Part shown: positions 1-12,850 of the stretch, one piece after another
Numbering within the stretch: position 1 is the first letter of the stretch
How the letters are laid out: each line of letters starts with the position of its first letter
Assembly: GCA_030390025.1 (NCBI GenBank)
Contig: JASTWF010000035.1
Location: forward strand, 3,038,001-3,102,000
Source of the DNA: Squalus acanthias
Taxonomy: Eukaryota
DNA length: 64,000 bases
Direction of reading: 5' to 3'
Made by a program: the position numbers and the translations under genes
The notes under the pieces: model-generated
What the model saw: the letters and a program-made list of their open reading frames with translations, nothing else
Told to the model about the DNA's origin: nothing
Databases searched by the model: none

Positions 1-2138
1 CCATTCAGCCCGTCAAGCCTGTTATCCGGGAACAGGAGCCCATTCAGCCCCTCGAGCCTGTTGCACAGGAACAGGAGGAGGGCATTCAGCCCCTCGAGCC
101 TGTTACACAGGAACAGGAGGAGGCCATTCAGCCCCTCGAGCCTGTTGCACAGGAACAGGAGGAGGGCATTCAGCCCCTCGAGCCTGTTACACAGGAACAG
201 GAGGAGGCCATTCAGCCCCTCGAGCCTGTTACAAAGGAACAGGAGGAAGCCATTCAGCCCGTCAAGCCTGTTATCCGGGAACAGGAGCCCATTCAGACCC
301 TCGAGCATGTTACACAGGAACAGGAGGAGACCATTCAGCCCCTCGAGCCTGTTACACAGGAACAGGAGAAGGCCATTCAGCCCCTCGAGTCTGTTGCATA
401 GGAACAGGAGGTGACCATTCAGCCCTCGAGCCTGTTCCACAGGAACAGGAGGAGGCCATTCAGCCCCTCGAGTCTGTTACACAGGAATAGGAGGAGGCCA
501 ATCAGCCCCTCGAGCCTATTACTCTGGAACAGGAGGAGACCATTCAGACCCTCGACCATGTTACACAGGAACAGGAGGAGACCATTCAGCCCCTCGAGCC
601 TGTTACACAGGAACAGGAAGAGCCCATTCAGCCCCTCGAGTCTGTTACACAGGAACTGGAGTAGGTCAATCAGCCCCTCGAGCCTGTTACACAGGAACAG
701 CAGGAGGCCATTCAGCCCCTCGAGGCTGTTACACAGGAACAGGAGCCCATTCAGCCCCTCGAGCCTGTTGCACAGGAACAGGAGGAGGCCATTCAGCCCC
801 TCGAGCCTGTTGCACAGGAACAGGAGGTGGCCATTCAGCCCCTCGAGCCTGTTACACAGGAACAGGAGGAGGCCATTCAGACCCTCGAGTCTGTTACACA
901 GGAACAGAGGAGGCCAATCAGCCCATCGAGTCTGTTACACATGAACAGGAGGAGGCCATCCAGACCCTCGAGTCTGTTACACAGGAACAGGAGGAGACCA
1001 TTCTGACCCTCGAGCATGTTATACAGGAACAGGAGGAGACCATTCAGCCCCTCGAGCCTGTTACACAGGAACAGGAGAAGGCCATTCAGCGCCTTGAGTC
1101 TGTTGCATAGGAACAGGAGGAGATCATTCAGCCCTCGAGCCTGTTCCACAAGAATAGGAGGAGTTCAATCAGCGGCTCGAGCCTGTTACACAGGAGCAGG
1201 AGGAGGCCGTTCAGCCCCTCAAGCCTGTTACACAGGAACAGGAGGAGGCCGTTCAGCCCCTCGAGCCTGTTACACAGGAACAGGAGGAGGCCATTCAGCC
1301 CCTTGAGCCTGTTACACATAAACAGGAGGAAACCATTCAGCCCCTCGAGCCTGTTACACCGGAACAGGAGGAGACCATACGGCCCCTCGAGCCTGTTACA
1401 CCGGAACAGGAGGAGACCATACGGCCCCTCGAGCCTGTTATCCGGGAACAGGAGGAGGCCATTCAGCCCCTCGAGCCTGTTACACAGGAACTGGAGGAGG
1501 CCAATCAGCCCCTCGAGCCTGTTGAACAGGAGGAGGCCATTCAGCCCCTCGAGCCTGTTACACAGGAACAGGAGGAGACCATTCAGCCCCTCGAGCCTAT
1601 TACACAGGAACTGGAGGAGGCCAATCAGCCCCTCAAGCTGTGACACAGGAACAGGAGGAGCCCATTCAGCCCCTCAAACTGTTCTACAGGAACAGGAGGA
1701 GGCCATTCAGCCCCTCGAGTCTGTTACACAGGAATAGGAGGAGGCCAATCAGCCCATCGAGCCTATTACACTGGAACAGGAGGAGAACATTCAGCCCCTC
1801 GAGCCTGTTACACAGGAACAGGAGGAGGTCATTCAGCCCCTCGAGCCTGTTACACAGGAACAGGAGGAGGTCAATCAGCGCCTTGAGCCTGTTACACAGG
1901 AACAGGAGTAGGCCATTCAGCCCATCGAGCCTGTTACACAGGAACAGGAGGAGGCCATTCAGCCCCTCGAGCCTGTTACACAGGAACAGGAGGAGGCCAT
2001 TCAGCCCCTCGAGCCTGTTACACAGGAACAGGAGGAGGCCAATCAGCCCCTTGAGCCTGTTGAACAGGAGGAGGCCATTAAGCCCCTCAAGCTGTTACAC
2101 AGGAACAGGAGGAGGCCATTCAGCCCCTCGGGCCTGTT
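1..2138. repeat. 42-bp minisatellite derived from the CR1 3' UTR (resumes at 3255-3304)
   Basis: Unit acaggaacaggaggaggccattcagcccctcgagcctgttac; compare adjacent CR1 tail aggagcaggagtaggccattcagcccctcgagcctgct. Confidence 0.95.
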
Positions 2139-3254
2139 AGATACATAGAAACATAGAAGATAGGAGCAGGAGTAGGCCATTCAGCCCCTCGAGCCTGCTC
2201 CGCCATTCGATGAGATCATGGCTGATCATCCAAACTCAGTACCCTGTACCTGCCTTCTCCCCATAACCCTTGATACCTTTAGCTTTAAGAAATATATCTA
2301 ACTCATTCTTGAATATATTTAATGACTTCGCCTCAACTACCTTCTGTGGTAGAGAATTCCACAGGTTCACCACTCTTTGGGTGAAGAAATTCTTCCTCAT
2401 TTCTGTCCTAAATGGCTTACCCCTTATTCTTAGATTATGACCCCTGGTTCTGGACTCTCCGACCATCGGGAACATTCTTCCTGCATCTAGTTTGTCCAGA
2501 CCTGTCAGAATTTTATATGTTTCGATGAGATCCCCTCTCATTCTTCTATACTCCAGCGAGTATAAGCCCAATCGACCCAATCTCTCCTCATATGTCATTC
2601 CTGCCATCCCAGGTATCAGCCTTGTGAATCTTCGCTGAACTCCCTCTATGGCAAGAACATCCTTCCTCAGATGAGGCGACCAAAACTGCACACAATACTC
2701 AAGGTGTGGTCTCACCAAGGCCCTGTACAACTGCAGCAGGACATCCCTGTTCCTATACTCAAACCCTTTCGCTATGAAGGCCAACATACCATTTGCCTTC
2801 TTCACCGCCTGCTGCACCTGCATGCTTACCTTCAGCGACTGGTGCACAAGGACACCCAGGTCTCGTTGCACTTCCCCTTCTCCCAATCTATTGCCATTCA
2901 GATAATAGTCTGCCTTTCTGTTTTTGACACCAAAGTGGATAACCTCGCATTTATCCACGAAATATTGCATCTGCCACGCTTCTGCCCACTCACCCAAACT
3001 GTCCAAATCATCCTGGAGTTTCTCGGTATCCTCCTCGCAGCACACACTCCCACCCAGCTTTGTGTCATCTGCAAACTTGGAGATATTACATTTAGTTCCC
3101 TTATCTAGATCATTAATGTATATTGTGAATAGCTGGGGTCCAAGGACCGATCCCTGCGGTACCCCACTAGTCACTGCTTGCCATTCGGAAAAAGACCCAT
3201 TAATTCCTACTCTTTGCTTTCTGTCCGCCAACCAGTTCTCAATCCAAGTCAAAA
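2139..3254 (-). mobile_element. 5'-truncated CR1 LINE inserted in the 42-bp array
   Basis: RT ORF 2236-3258 ([15 protein letters not shown]), (ctatgttt)n-type tail, array resumes after it. Confidence 0.95.
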
Positions 3255-3304
3255 CCATTCAGCCCCTCGAGCCTGTTACACAGGAACAGGAGGAGGCCAT
3301 TCAG

Positions 3305-3831
3305 NNNNNNNNNNNNNNNNNNNNNNNNNNNNNNNNNNNNNNNNNNNNNNNNNNNNNNNNNNNNNNNNNNNNNNNNNNNNNNNNNNNNNNNNNNNNNNNN
3401 NNNNNNNNNNNNNNNNNNNNNNNNNNNNNNNNNNNNNNNNNNNNNNNNNNNNNNNNNNNNNNNNNNNNNNNNNNNNNNNNNNNNNNNNNNNNNNNNNNNN
3501 NNNNNNNNNNNNNNNNNNNNNNNNNNNNNNNNNNNNNNNNNNNNNNNNNNNNNNNNNNNNNNNNNNNNNNNNNNNNNNNNNNNNNNNNNNNNNNNNNNNN
3601 NNNNNNNNNNNNNNNNNNNNNNNNNNNNNNNNNNNNNNNNNNNNNNNNNNNNNNNNNNNNNNNNNNNNNNNNNNNNNNNNNNNNNNNNNNNNNNNNNNNN
3701 NNNNNNNNNNNNNNNNNNNNNNNNNNNNNNNNNNNNNNNNNNNNNNNNNNNNNNNNNNNNNNNNNNNNNNNNNNNNNNNNNNNNNNNNNNNNNNNNNNNN
3801 NNNNNNNNNNNNNNNNNNNNNNNNNNNNNNN
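3305..3831. other. Assembly gap
   Basis: Run of N. Confidence 1.
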
Positions 3832-4606
3832 CAACCCTCCCTATCTCTGTAACCTCCTCCAGCCCCTACAACCCTCCCTATCTCTGTAACCTCCTCCAGC
3901 CCCTTCAACCCTCCCTATCTCTGTAACCTCCTCCAGCCCCTACAACCCTCCCTATCACTGTTACCTCCTCCAGCCCTACAACACTCCCTATCTCTGTAAC
4001 CTCCTCCAGCCCCTACAACCCCTCCCTATCTCTGTAACCTCCTCCAGCCCCTCCATCCCTCCCTATCTCTGTAACCTCCTCGCCCCCCCCTCCCTATCTC
4101 TGTAACCTCCTCCAGCCCCTCCATCCCTCCCTATCTCTGTAACCTCCTCCAGCCCCCTACAACCCTCCCTATCTCTGTAACCTCCTCCAGCCCCTTCAAC
4201 CCTCCCTATCTCTGTAACCTCCTCCAGCCCCTACAACCCTCCCTATCTCTGTAACCTCCTCCAGCCCCTACAACCCTCCCTATCTCTGTAACCTCCGCCA
4301 GCCCCCTACACCCCTCCGTATCTCTGTAACCTCCTCCAGCCCCTCCATCCCTCCCTATCTCTGTAACCTCCGCCAGCCCTCCATCCCTCCCTATCTCTGT
4401 AACCTCCGCCAGCCCCTACAACCCTCCCTATCTCTGTAACCTCCTCCAGCCCCTCCATCCCTCCCTATCTCTGTAACCTCCTCCAGCCCCTCCATCCCTC
4501 CCTATCTCTGTAACCTCCTCCAGTCCCTCCATCCCTCCCTATCTCTGTAACCTCCTCCAGCCCCTCCATCCCTCCCTATCTCTGTAACCTCCGCCAGCCC
4601 TACAAC
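3832..4606. repeat. ~37-bp minisatellite derived from an L2-like LINE 3' region
   Basis: Unit caaccctccctatctctgtaacctcctccagccccta; LINE sequence continues at 5369 after the MITE. Confidence 0.9.
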
Positions 4607-5368
4607 CAACGTTCCTGCTAAGCTGCGCGGTCCCGCAGTGATCTGGTGGCCGCGCGGTGGTCTGGTGGTCCCGCGGTGGTCTGGCGGTCCCGCGGTGGTC
4701 TGGCGGTCCCGCAGTGATCTGTTGGCCGCGCGGTGGTCTGGCGGTCCCGCGGTGATCTGGCGGTCCCGCGGTGATCTGGCGGCCGCGCGGTGGTCTGGTG
4801 GTCCCGCGGTGATCTGGCGGTCCCGCGGTGATCTGACGGTCCCGCGGTGATCTGGCGGTCCCGCGGTGATCTGGCGGTCCTGCAGTGATCTGTTGGCCGC
4901 GCGGTGGTCTGGCGGTCCCGCGGTGGTCTGGCGGTCCCGCGGTGATCTGGCGGTCCCGCGGTGATCTGGCGGCCGCGCGGTGGTCTGGCGGCCGCGCGGT
5001 GGTCTGGTGGTCCCGCGGTGATCTGGCGGTCCCGCGGTGATCTGACGGTCCCGCGGTGATCTGGCGGTCCCGCGGTGATCTGGCGGCCGCGCGGTGATCT
5101 GGCGGCCGCGCGGTGATCTGGCGGCCGCGCGGTGATCTGGCGGCCGCGCGGTGATCTGGCGGCCGCGCGGTGAACTGGCGGTCCCGCGGTGATCTGGCGG
5201 TCCCACGGTGATCTGGCGGCCGCGCGGTGATCTGGCGGTCCCGCGGTGATCTGGCGGTCCCGCGGTGATCTGGCGGTCCCACGAGGCTGCTCACTGGCTT
5301 TTCAATGGAAATAATTGCGCATGCACGAAAAATTAAAAGAGCTGCGCAGCCACTTACAGGGAACATTG
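4607..5368. mobile_element. hAT-like MITE with an internal 19-bp GC-rich tandem repeat
   Basis: Imperfect TIRs caacgttcctgctaag / cttacagggaacattg; 8-bp TSD cctacaac / ccgacaaa; internal unit ggtgatctggcggtcccgc at ~4630-5280. Confidence 0.75.
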
Positions 5369-5685
5369 CCGACAAACCTCAGAGATCTCTGCGCTCCTCC
5401 AATTCTGCCCACTTGAGCATCCCTGATAATAATTGCTCCACCATTGGTGGCCGTGACTTCAGCTACCGAGACCCTAAGCTCTGGAATTCCCTCCCTCAGC
5501 CTGTCTGCCTTTCTACCCCTCCTTCCTCCTTTAAGACGCTCCTTAAAACTGACCTCTTTGACCTCTTCCCTAATATCGCCTTATGTGGCTCAGTGTCAAA
5601 TTTTGCTCTATTACGCTCCTGTGAAGTGCCTTGGGATGTTTTACTACATTAAAGACGCTATGTAAATGCAAGTTGTTGTTGTTGT
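5369..5685 (+). mobile_element. L2-like LINE 3' end
   Basis: RSLRSS...GGRDFSY...PKLWNSLP...FKTLLKT motif; ends gctatgtaaatgcaag(ttg)n. Confidence 0.75.
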
Positions 5686-5712
5686 GGTGTAATGGGTGAC
5701 TCTGGTCCTCAG

Positions 5713-5787
5713 ATCGGTGAGAACGTGGAGTTATCACGGCGACAGGATTGCGCCAAACACCTTCCAGCCATCAGGACATTTTTTAAG
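5713..5787 (+). CDS. Drebrin/DBNL-family gene, internal exon A (ADF-H domain; IGENVELSRRQDCAKHLPAIRTFFK)
   Basis: ctcag|ATC...AAG|gtaagg, 75 nt, phase 0-0; aligns by eye with drebrin VGEDVPDARKCACASHVAKVAEFFQ. Confidence 0.85.
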
Positions 5788-6234
5788 GTAAGGGCAACGA
5801 CCCCCAGTTCCGTCCTCTCCTCTCCCCCCACCACCCTGTCAGTCTGGTTTCCCTCCTTGACCTTAGTCTGACCTTTGATATCTGACCTTTGACCACTCCA
5901 CTCCTCCATGCCACTGTCCAATCCGACCTGTCCTAAAGCAGGCAGTGTAGCCTCAGCAAGCTCGCCCTCCTGCACCCCCATGGCACTGGAGTCCCAGGCC
6001 CTCTTGGCCCACATCAGCTTGTCTCTGTATTGGGCTCCAGGTCCCGATCCACACTCCATGACCGTCACTGAACCTTCTCAACAGCAGGACACCATCGGCA
6101 CAACCTCGGATGCCATTCCCAACCCATCGCTCTGACTGAGCGCTGTCCTGTGCAACGGAGCGCAGCATCCCCCTCTCCTCACTCCCCATCCTCCCCATTC
6201 CATTCCCTCTCCCCCTCGCCACCTCCATCCCTCC

Positions 6235-7483
6235 TCCTGGAGTTCTTTGAGGATGTAACTAGTAGAGTAGACAAAGGGGAACCGGTAGATGTGGTGTATC
6301 TGGATTTTCAGAAGGCCTTCGATAAGGTCCCACACAAGAGGGTTGGTGAACAAAATTAGGGCACATGGAATTGGGGGTAATATACTAGCATGGATTGAGA
6401 ATTGGTTAACAGACAGAAACAAAGAGTAGGGATAAACGGGTCTTTTTCAGGATGGCAGGCTGTGACTAGTGGGGTACCGCAAGGATCGGTGCTTGGGCCC
6501 CAGCTATTCACAATCTATATCAATGATTTGGATGAGGGGACTAAATGTAACATTTCCAAATTTGCTGATGATACAAAGCTAGGTGGCAGTGTCAGATGTG
6601 AAGAGGCTTCAAGGGGATCTCGACAGGCTCAGTTAGTGGGCGAGAACATGGCAGATGGAATATAATGTGGATAAATGTGAAGTTACCCACTTTGGTAGAA
6701 AAAACAGAAAGGCAGAGTATTTCCTAAATGGTGAAAGACTGGGGAATGCAGATGCTCAAAGGGACCTGGGTGTCCTTGTACATGAGTCACTGAAAGTGAA
6801 TGTGCAGGTGCAGCAAGCCATTAGGAAGGCAAATGGTATGCTGGCCTTCAATACAAGAGGATTTGAGTACAGGAGTAAAGAAGTCTTACTCCAATTATAT
6901 AGGGCCTTGGTGAGACCACACCTGGAGTACTGTGTACAATTTTGGTCTCCTTACCTAAGGAAGGATATATTTGCCATAGAGGGAGTGCAACAAAGGTTCA
7001 CAAGATTGATTCCTGGGATGGCGGGACTGTCGTATGAGAAGAGATTGAGTAAACTAGGCCTGTATTCTCTTGAATTCAGAAGAATGAGAGGGGATCTCAT
7101 TGAAGCATGCAAAATTATTACAGGGCTTGATAGGATGGATGCTGGGAGAATGTTTCCCTTGACTGGGGAGTCTAGAACCAGGGGCCACAGCCTCAGGATA
7201 AAGGGTAGGCCATTCAGGACTGAGATGAGAAGAAATTTCTTCACACAGAGGGTGGTGAATCTTTGGAATTCTCTACCCCAGAGGGCTGTGGAGGCGCAGT
7301 CATTGGGTATATTCAAAACAGAAGTCGATAGATTTCTGACTAGTAAGGGCATCAAGGGATATGGCGATAGGGCCGGTGAATGGAGTTGAGGCAGAAGATC
7401 AGCCATGATCTCATTGAATGGCGGAGTAGGCTCGAAGGGCCGAATGGCCGACTCCTGCTCATATTTCTTATGTTCTTATGTTC
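6235..7483 (+). mobile_element. 5'-truncated, disrupted CR1 LINE
   Basis: RT fragments 6402-6665 and 6655-7389, then CR1 3' UTR and tail. Confidence 0.95.
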
Positions 7484-7983
7484 CTCTCCTCCCCCTCCCT
7501 CCATCTCTCCCTCTCACTCCATCCCCACCTCCCTCCTCCCGCACCTCACCACTCCACACCTCCATCCCTCCCTCCCATCCCCCTCCCTCACTCACTCCCC
7601 ACTTCCTCCCTCCCTCACTGCCTTCCCTCTCCCCACATCCCTCCCTCCATCCCTCCCCCTCCCTTCCTTCACTTCCTCCCTCCTTCACTCCCTTCCCCTC
7701 CACTCTCTCCCTCCCTCCATCCCTCCCCCCTCCATCTCTCCCTACCCCACATCCCTCCCTCCATCACTCCCTCCATCTCTCTGTCCCTCCCCACCTCCCT
7801 CCTTCACTTCCTCCCTCCTTCACTTCCTCCCTCCTTCACTTCCTCCCTCCTTCACTTCCTCCCTCCTTCACTTCCTCCCTCCTTCACTTCCTCCCTCCTT
7901 CACTTCCTCCCTCCTTCCATCCCTCCCCCTCCCCACCTTCCTCCTTCACTCCCTCCCTCCCTCCCTCACCTCCTCCCTCCCTT
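7484..7983. repeat. CT-rich low-complexity tract including (cctccttcacttcctc)n
   Basis: Base composition. Confidence 0.9.
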
Positions 7984-8159
7984 CGCGCGTCCTCCCACAC
8001 CTTGAGCACTAGGTACAATTCTGGGCACTGGCTCTTCAGGCATTACGGGCAGTGCATGAGTTCAGTGGTCCTGGTACTGGACTACTTGCCCAGAGGTTGA
8101 GAGTAACCTGTGATTTGTGGCTGGTTCCAGGGAAACTGACAGATTGTTGGGAAAATCCA

Positions 8160-8760
8160 ACCGGGAAAGGAACCTGCTGTCCTTACCCGGTCTGGCCTAC
8201 AGGTGACTCCAGTCCCACGCCAACATGGCAACTAGGAATTGGAAATAAAAGCAGCCTTGCCAATGACGCACACATCCCGCCAACCAATGAATAAAGTGGT
8301 GAGCTGCAGGTCGATGAACTGTGAGAGGTTGAAGAGTCTGCACTTGTTTTCTCACAGGAAGTTCAGCTGAAATATTATTGAAGTTCTTGTGTTTGTTTAG
8401 GGATGTGGGCGTTGCTGGCAAGGCTGCTTTTATTGCCCATCCCTCGTTGCCCTGAGAAGGTGGTGGCACTTCTACCCAGATAGTGCTCAGTAGGGAATTA
8501 CAGATCATCGATTTATGGCCATGTCAGCATGGTGTTTCCTCGACATTGTTGCTCTTGTCCTTCTCGGTGGCAGAGGTCACAGGAGACTAACCTTGGTGAG
8601 TGGATCAGTCACTGCAGCCCCAGTGCTAGGGGTGGATACCGAGTCCAGTCTCACGGGTACCAATCAAGCAGGCTGCTCTGTCCTAGATGGTGTCGAGCTT
8701 CTTGAGTGTTGCTGTGGCTGCAGGCGAGTGGAGAGTGTTCCATCACTGGGCTTGTAGGTG
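8160..8760. mobile_element. Degenerate fragments of the tRNA-headed SINE/LINE family (+ at ~8160-8295, - at ~8395-8760)
   Basis: Share the gccttgccagcgacgcccacatccc 3' end with elements at 11780 and 31124. Confidence 0.7.
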
Positions 8761-8953
8761 GTGCAAGCGGAAGCCAAGCACAGGCAGCGCAAGGAGCGCA
8801 CGTCAACCCAAGCACCCCACCCACCCGCCCCTTCAACCACCGTCTGCCCCACCTGTGACAGAGACCCGCATTGGACTCATCAGTCACCTGAGAACCCATT
8901 TTTAATGTGGAAGCAAGTCATCCTCGGTTCCGAGGGACTGCCTAAGAAGAAGG
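8760..8953 (+). mobile_element. RTE-clade LINE 3' end
   Basis: Degenerate CPTC...RIGLISHLRTH zinc finger; tail gggactgcctaagaagaag. Confidence 0.75.
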
Positions 8954-9115
8954 ATGTAGGTGGTGGAGAGGCTTTGCGAGGTCACTTCCTCCCTCACATT
9001 CCTCTCCCCTCTTTTTGTCCTTCCCCTTTCCCTCCCCTCCAGTCACTCACGTGCATTCCATCCTCCATTTTATAGCCTGTTCTGTTCAGTTTGATTTCAT
9101 CTCCTTGTTGAACAG

Positions 9116-9244
9116 GAAGCGAATGTTGTTGTGACTGCGCAGACGCTCGCAGATATCAGTCCTCAAGCCATGGAACAGATCATTGCAAAGGCACCAACTC
9201 GACGGAGATTGGCCAGAGCACGGAGAGAGGTGGACGACCCAGTG
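9116..9244 (+). CDS. Drebrin-family exon B (end of ADF-H plus linker; EANVVVTAQTLADISPQAMEQIIAKAPTRRRLARARREVDDPV)
   Basis: Pyrimidine tract then aacag|GAA...GTG|gtaaga, 129 nt, phase 0-0; resembles drebrin GVDVIVNASSVEDID...EPV. Confidence 0.85.
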
Positions 9245-9311
9245 GTAAGAAATATGGACATGTTGGTACGAGCACACACATAGATAGTGAGACGCCCACT
9301 AGTACTGCGTG

Positions 9312-11097
9312 CACACGAGTGACACGGACACGAGTGACACGGACACGAGGACGAGGACACGGACACGAGTGACACGGACACGAGTGACACGGACATGAGG
9401 ACGAGGTCACGGACACGAGTGACACGGACACGAGTGACACGGACACGAACACGAGTGACACGGACACGAGTGACACGGACACGAGGACACGGACACGAGT
9501 GACACGGACACGAACACGAGTGACACGGACACGAGTGACACGGACACGAGGACACGGACACGAGGACGAGGACACGGACACGAGTGACACGGACACGAGT
9601 GACACGGACACGAGTGACACGGGACGAGACGAGGACACGGACACGAGTGACACGGACACGAGTGACACGGACACGAGGACGAGGACACGGACACGAGTGA
9701 CACGGACACGAGTGACACGGACACGAACACGAGTGACACGGACACGAGTGACACGGACACGAGGACACGGACACGAGGACGAGTGACACGGACACGAGTG
9801 ACACGGACACGAGTGACACGGACACGAGTGACACGGGGACGAGGACGAGGACACGGACACGGACACGAGTGACACGGACACGGACACGAGTGACACGGAC
9901 ACGAACACGAGTGACACGGACACGAGTGACACGAACACGAGTGACACGGACACGAGGACACGGACACGAGGACGAGGACACGGACACGAGTGACACGGAC
10001 ACGAGTGACACGGGGACGAGGACACGGACACGGACACGAGTGACACGGACACGAGTGACACGGACACGAGGACACGGACACGAGGACGAGGACACGGACA
10101 CGAGTGACACGGACACGAGTGACACGGGGACGAGGACACGGACACGGACACGAGTGACACGGACACGAGTGACACGGACACGAGGACACGGACACGAGTG
10201 ACACGGACACGAGTGACACGGACACGAACACGAGTGACACGGACACGAGTGACACGAACACGAGTGACACGGACACGAGTGACACGAACACGAGTGACAC
10301 GGGGACGAGGACACGGGTGACACGGACACGAGTGACACGGACACGAGTGACACGGACACGAGGACACGGACACGAGGACACGGACACGAGGACGAGGACA
10401 CGGACACGAGTGACACGGACACGAGTGACACGGACACGAGTGACACGGACACGAGTGACACGGGGACGAGGACACGGACACGGACACGAGTGACACGGAC
10501 ACGAGTGACACGGACACGAGTGACACGGACACGAGTGACACGGACACGAACACGAGTGACACGGACACGAGTGACACGGACACGAGTGACACGGACACGA
10601 GGACACGGACACGAGTGACACGGACACGAGTGACACGGGGACGAGGACGAGGACACGGACACGAGTGACACGGAGACGAGGACACGGACACTAGTGACAC
10701 GGACACGAGGACGAGTGACACGGACACGAGTGACACGGACACGAGTGACACGGACACGAGTGACACGGGGACGAGGACACGGACACGGACACGAGTGACA
10801 CGGACACGAGTGACACGGACACGAGGACACGGACACGAGGACGAGTGACACGGACACGAGTGACACGGACACGAGTGACACGGACACGAGTGACACGGGG
10901 ACGAGTGACACGGACACGGACACGAGTGACACGGACACGAGTGACACGGACACGAGTGACACGGACACGAGGGACACGGACACGAGTGACACGGGGACGA
11001 GGACGAGGACACGGACACGAGTGACACGGACACGAGTGACACGGAGACGAGGACACGGACACGAGTGACATGGACACGAGGACGAGGACACGAGGAC
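9312..11097. repeat. Modular CpG-rich satellite built from gacacg / gacacgagt / gacgag words
   Basis: Dominant 15-mer gacacggacacgagt with irregular variants. Confidence 0.95.
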
Positions 11098-11296
11098 ACT
11101 GTGACTGAGCGTACTGTGGTGGCTTGGCTCAGTCTCACCGCCTCAGCAAGTATTCTTTATCCTACGTTCCTTCACCATGCTGAAAGCCCACGGTCTCTAA
11201 TCACTCGGTTCATGCGCCGCCATTATGGTCTGGCTGCTGTTTGCATCTCCGTTCATGCAAAAGGAGAAACAAGTTCCTAATAGCAGTGAGTGATCG

Positions 11297-11657
11297 GCGA
11301 GAGGGTCAGAGGAGGTGAGGGGCGGAGGGAGAGGGGGGGTGAGGGGGTGAGAGGGGTGAGAGAGAGAGGGTGTGAGGGTGAGAGGGGGCGAGGGCCGAGG
11401 GGGTGAGGGGGCGAGAGGGGGCAAGAGGGTGGGAGGGGGCAGGTGAGGGTGAGGGACGGAGGGAGAGTGGGCGAGGGACGGAGGGAGAGTGGGCGAGGGT
11501 GGGAGGGGGCGAGGACCGAGGGTGAGGGGGCGAGAGGTGAGAGAGGGGTGAGGGGGGAGAGGGGGAGAGGGGCGAGGGTGGGAGGGGGAGGTTGAGGGGT
11601 GGAGGGTGAGGGTGTGAGGGTGAGGGGCGGAGAGAGAGGGTGAGGTGAGAGAGGGGC
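11297..11657. repeat. G/A-rich low-complexity tract
   Basis: Base composition. Confidence 0.9.
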
Positions 11658-12640
11658 CTCTCCAATGCACCCATTCGTGCCAGTGTTTCTGAGGGCTGCC
11701 CTCACCCGCTCCCAGAGACCAACCAGCTCCCGCTCACACTTGCCATTCCCACTCACTCCTGTTTAAAATGGATGAATTTTTAAAAATTATTTGTTCCTGG
11801 GATGTGGGTGTCGCTGGCAAGGCCAGCATTTATTGCCCATCCATAATTGCCTTTGAGAAGGTGGTGGTGAGCCGCATTCTTGAACCGCTGCAGTCCGTGT
11901 GGTGAAGGTGCTCCCACAGTGCTGTTCGGGAGGGAGTTCCAGGATTTTGACCCAGCGACGATGAAGGATCGGCAATATATTTCTAAGTCAGGATGGTGTG
12001 TGACTTGGAGGGGAACTTGGAGGTGGTGGTGTTCCCGTGCGTCTGCTGCTCTTGTCCTTCTAGGTGGAAGAGGTCGCGGGTTTGGGAGGTGCTGCCGAAG
12101 AAGCCTTGGTGAGTTGCTGCAGTGCATCTTGTAGATGGTACACACTGCAGCCACGGTGCGCCGGTGGTGGGAGTGAATGTTTAAGGTGGTGGATGGGGTG
12201 CCAATCAAGCGGGCTGCTTTGTCCTGGATGGTGTCGAGCTTCTTGAGTGTTGTTGGAGCTGCACTCATTCAGGCAAGTGGAGAGTATTCCATCACACTCC
12301 TTACTTGTGCCTTGTAGATAGTGGAAAGGCTTTGGGGAGTCAGGAGGTGAGACACTCGCCACAGAATACCTAGCCTCTGACCTGCTCTTGTTGCCACAGT
12401 ATTTATGTGGCTGGTCCAGTTAAGTTTCTGGTCAGTGGTGACCCGTAGGATGTTGATGGTGGGGATTCGGTGATGGTAATGCCATTTAATGTTAAGAGGA
12501 GGTGGTTAGTCTCTCGCTTGTTGGAGATAGTCATTGCCTGGCACTTGTGTGGCGCGAATATTACTTGCCATTTAGCAGCCCAAGCATAAATGTCGTCCAA
12601 ATTTGCTGCATGTGGGCATGGACTGTTTCATTATCTGAGG

Positions 12641-12850
12641 ACAAAAATGAGAAGTTGCACAACACCAGGTTATAGTCCAACAGTTTTATTTGAAATCACG
12701 AGCTTTCGGAGCGCTGCTCCTTCGTCAGGTACCTGACGAAGGAGCAGCGCTCCGAAAGCTTGTGATTTCAAATAAAACTGTTGGACTATAACCTGGTGTT
12801 GTGCGACTTCTCATTTTTGTCCACCCTAGTCCAACACCGGCATCTCCGCA
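12641..12850. mobile_element. Penelope-like element terminus as a 92-bp-arm palindrome
   Basis: Arms 12639-12730 and 12731-12822 with 2 mismatches; TSD tcattatctgagg; same family as 14481-14885. Confidence 0.85.
12731..12766 (+). ncRNA. Minimal type I hammerhead ribozyme motif (mirror copy on - at 12695-12730)
   Basis: CUGACGA-A-GGAGC(agc)GCUCC-GAAA-GC-UU/UC-GUGA. Confidence 0.7.

Noticed and set aside
61..2140. R/S/P-rich ORFs
   Set aside because: Translations of the 42-bp array
2924..3908. ORFs spanning X runs
   Set aside because: Assembly gap artefact
9210..9240. RARR furin-like site suggesting a secreted precursor
   Set aside because: Neighbouring exons identify a cytoplasmic drebrin-family linker
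9163..11138. 642- and 652-aa ORFs on the - strand
   Set aside because: The repeat lacks stop codons by composition, and the translation drifts between repeat frames
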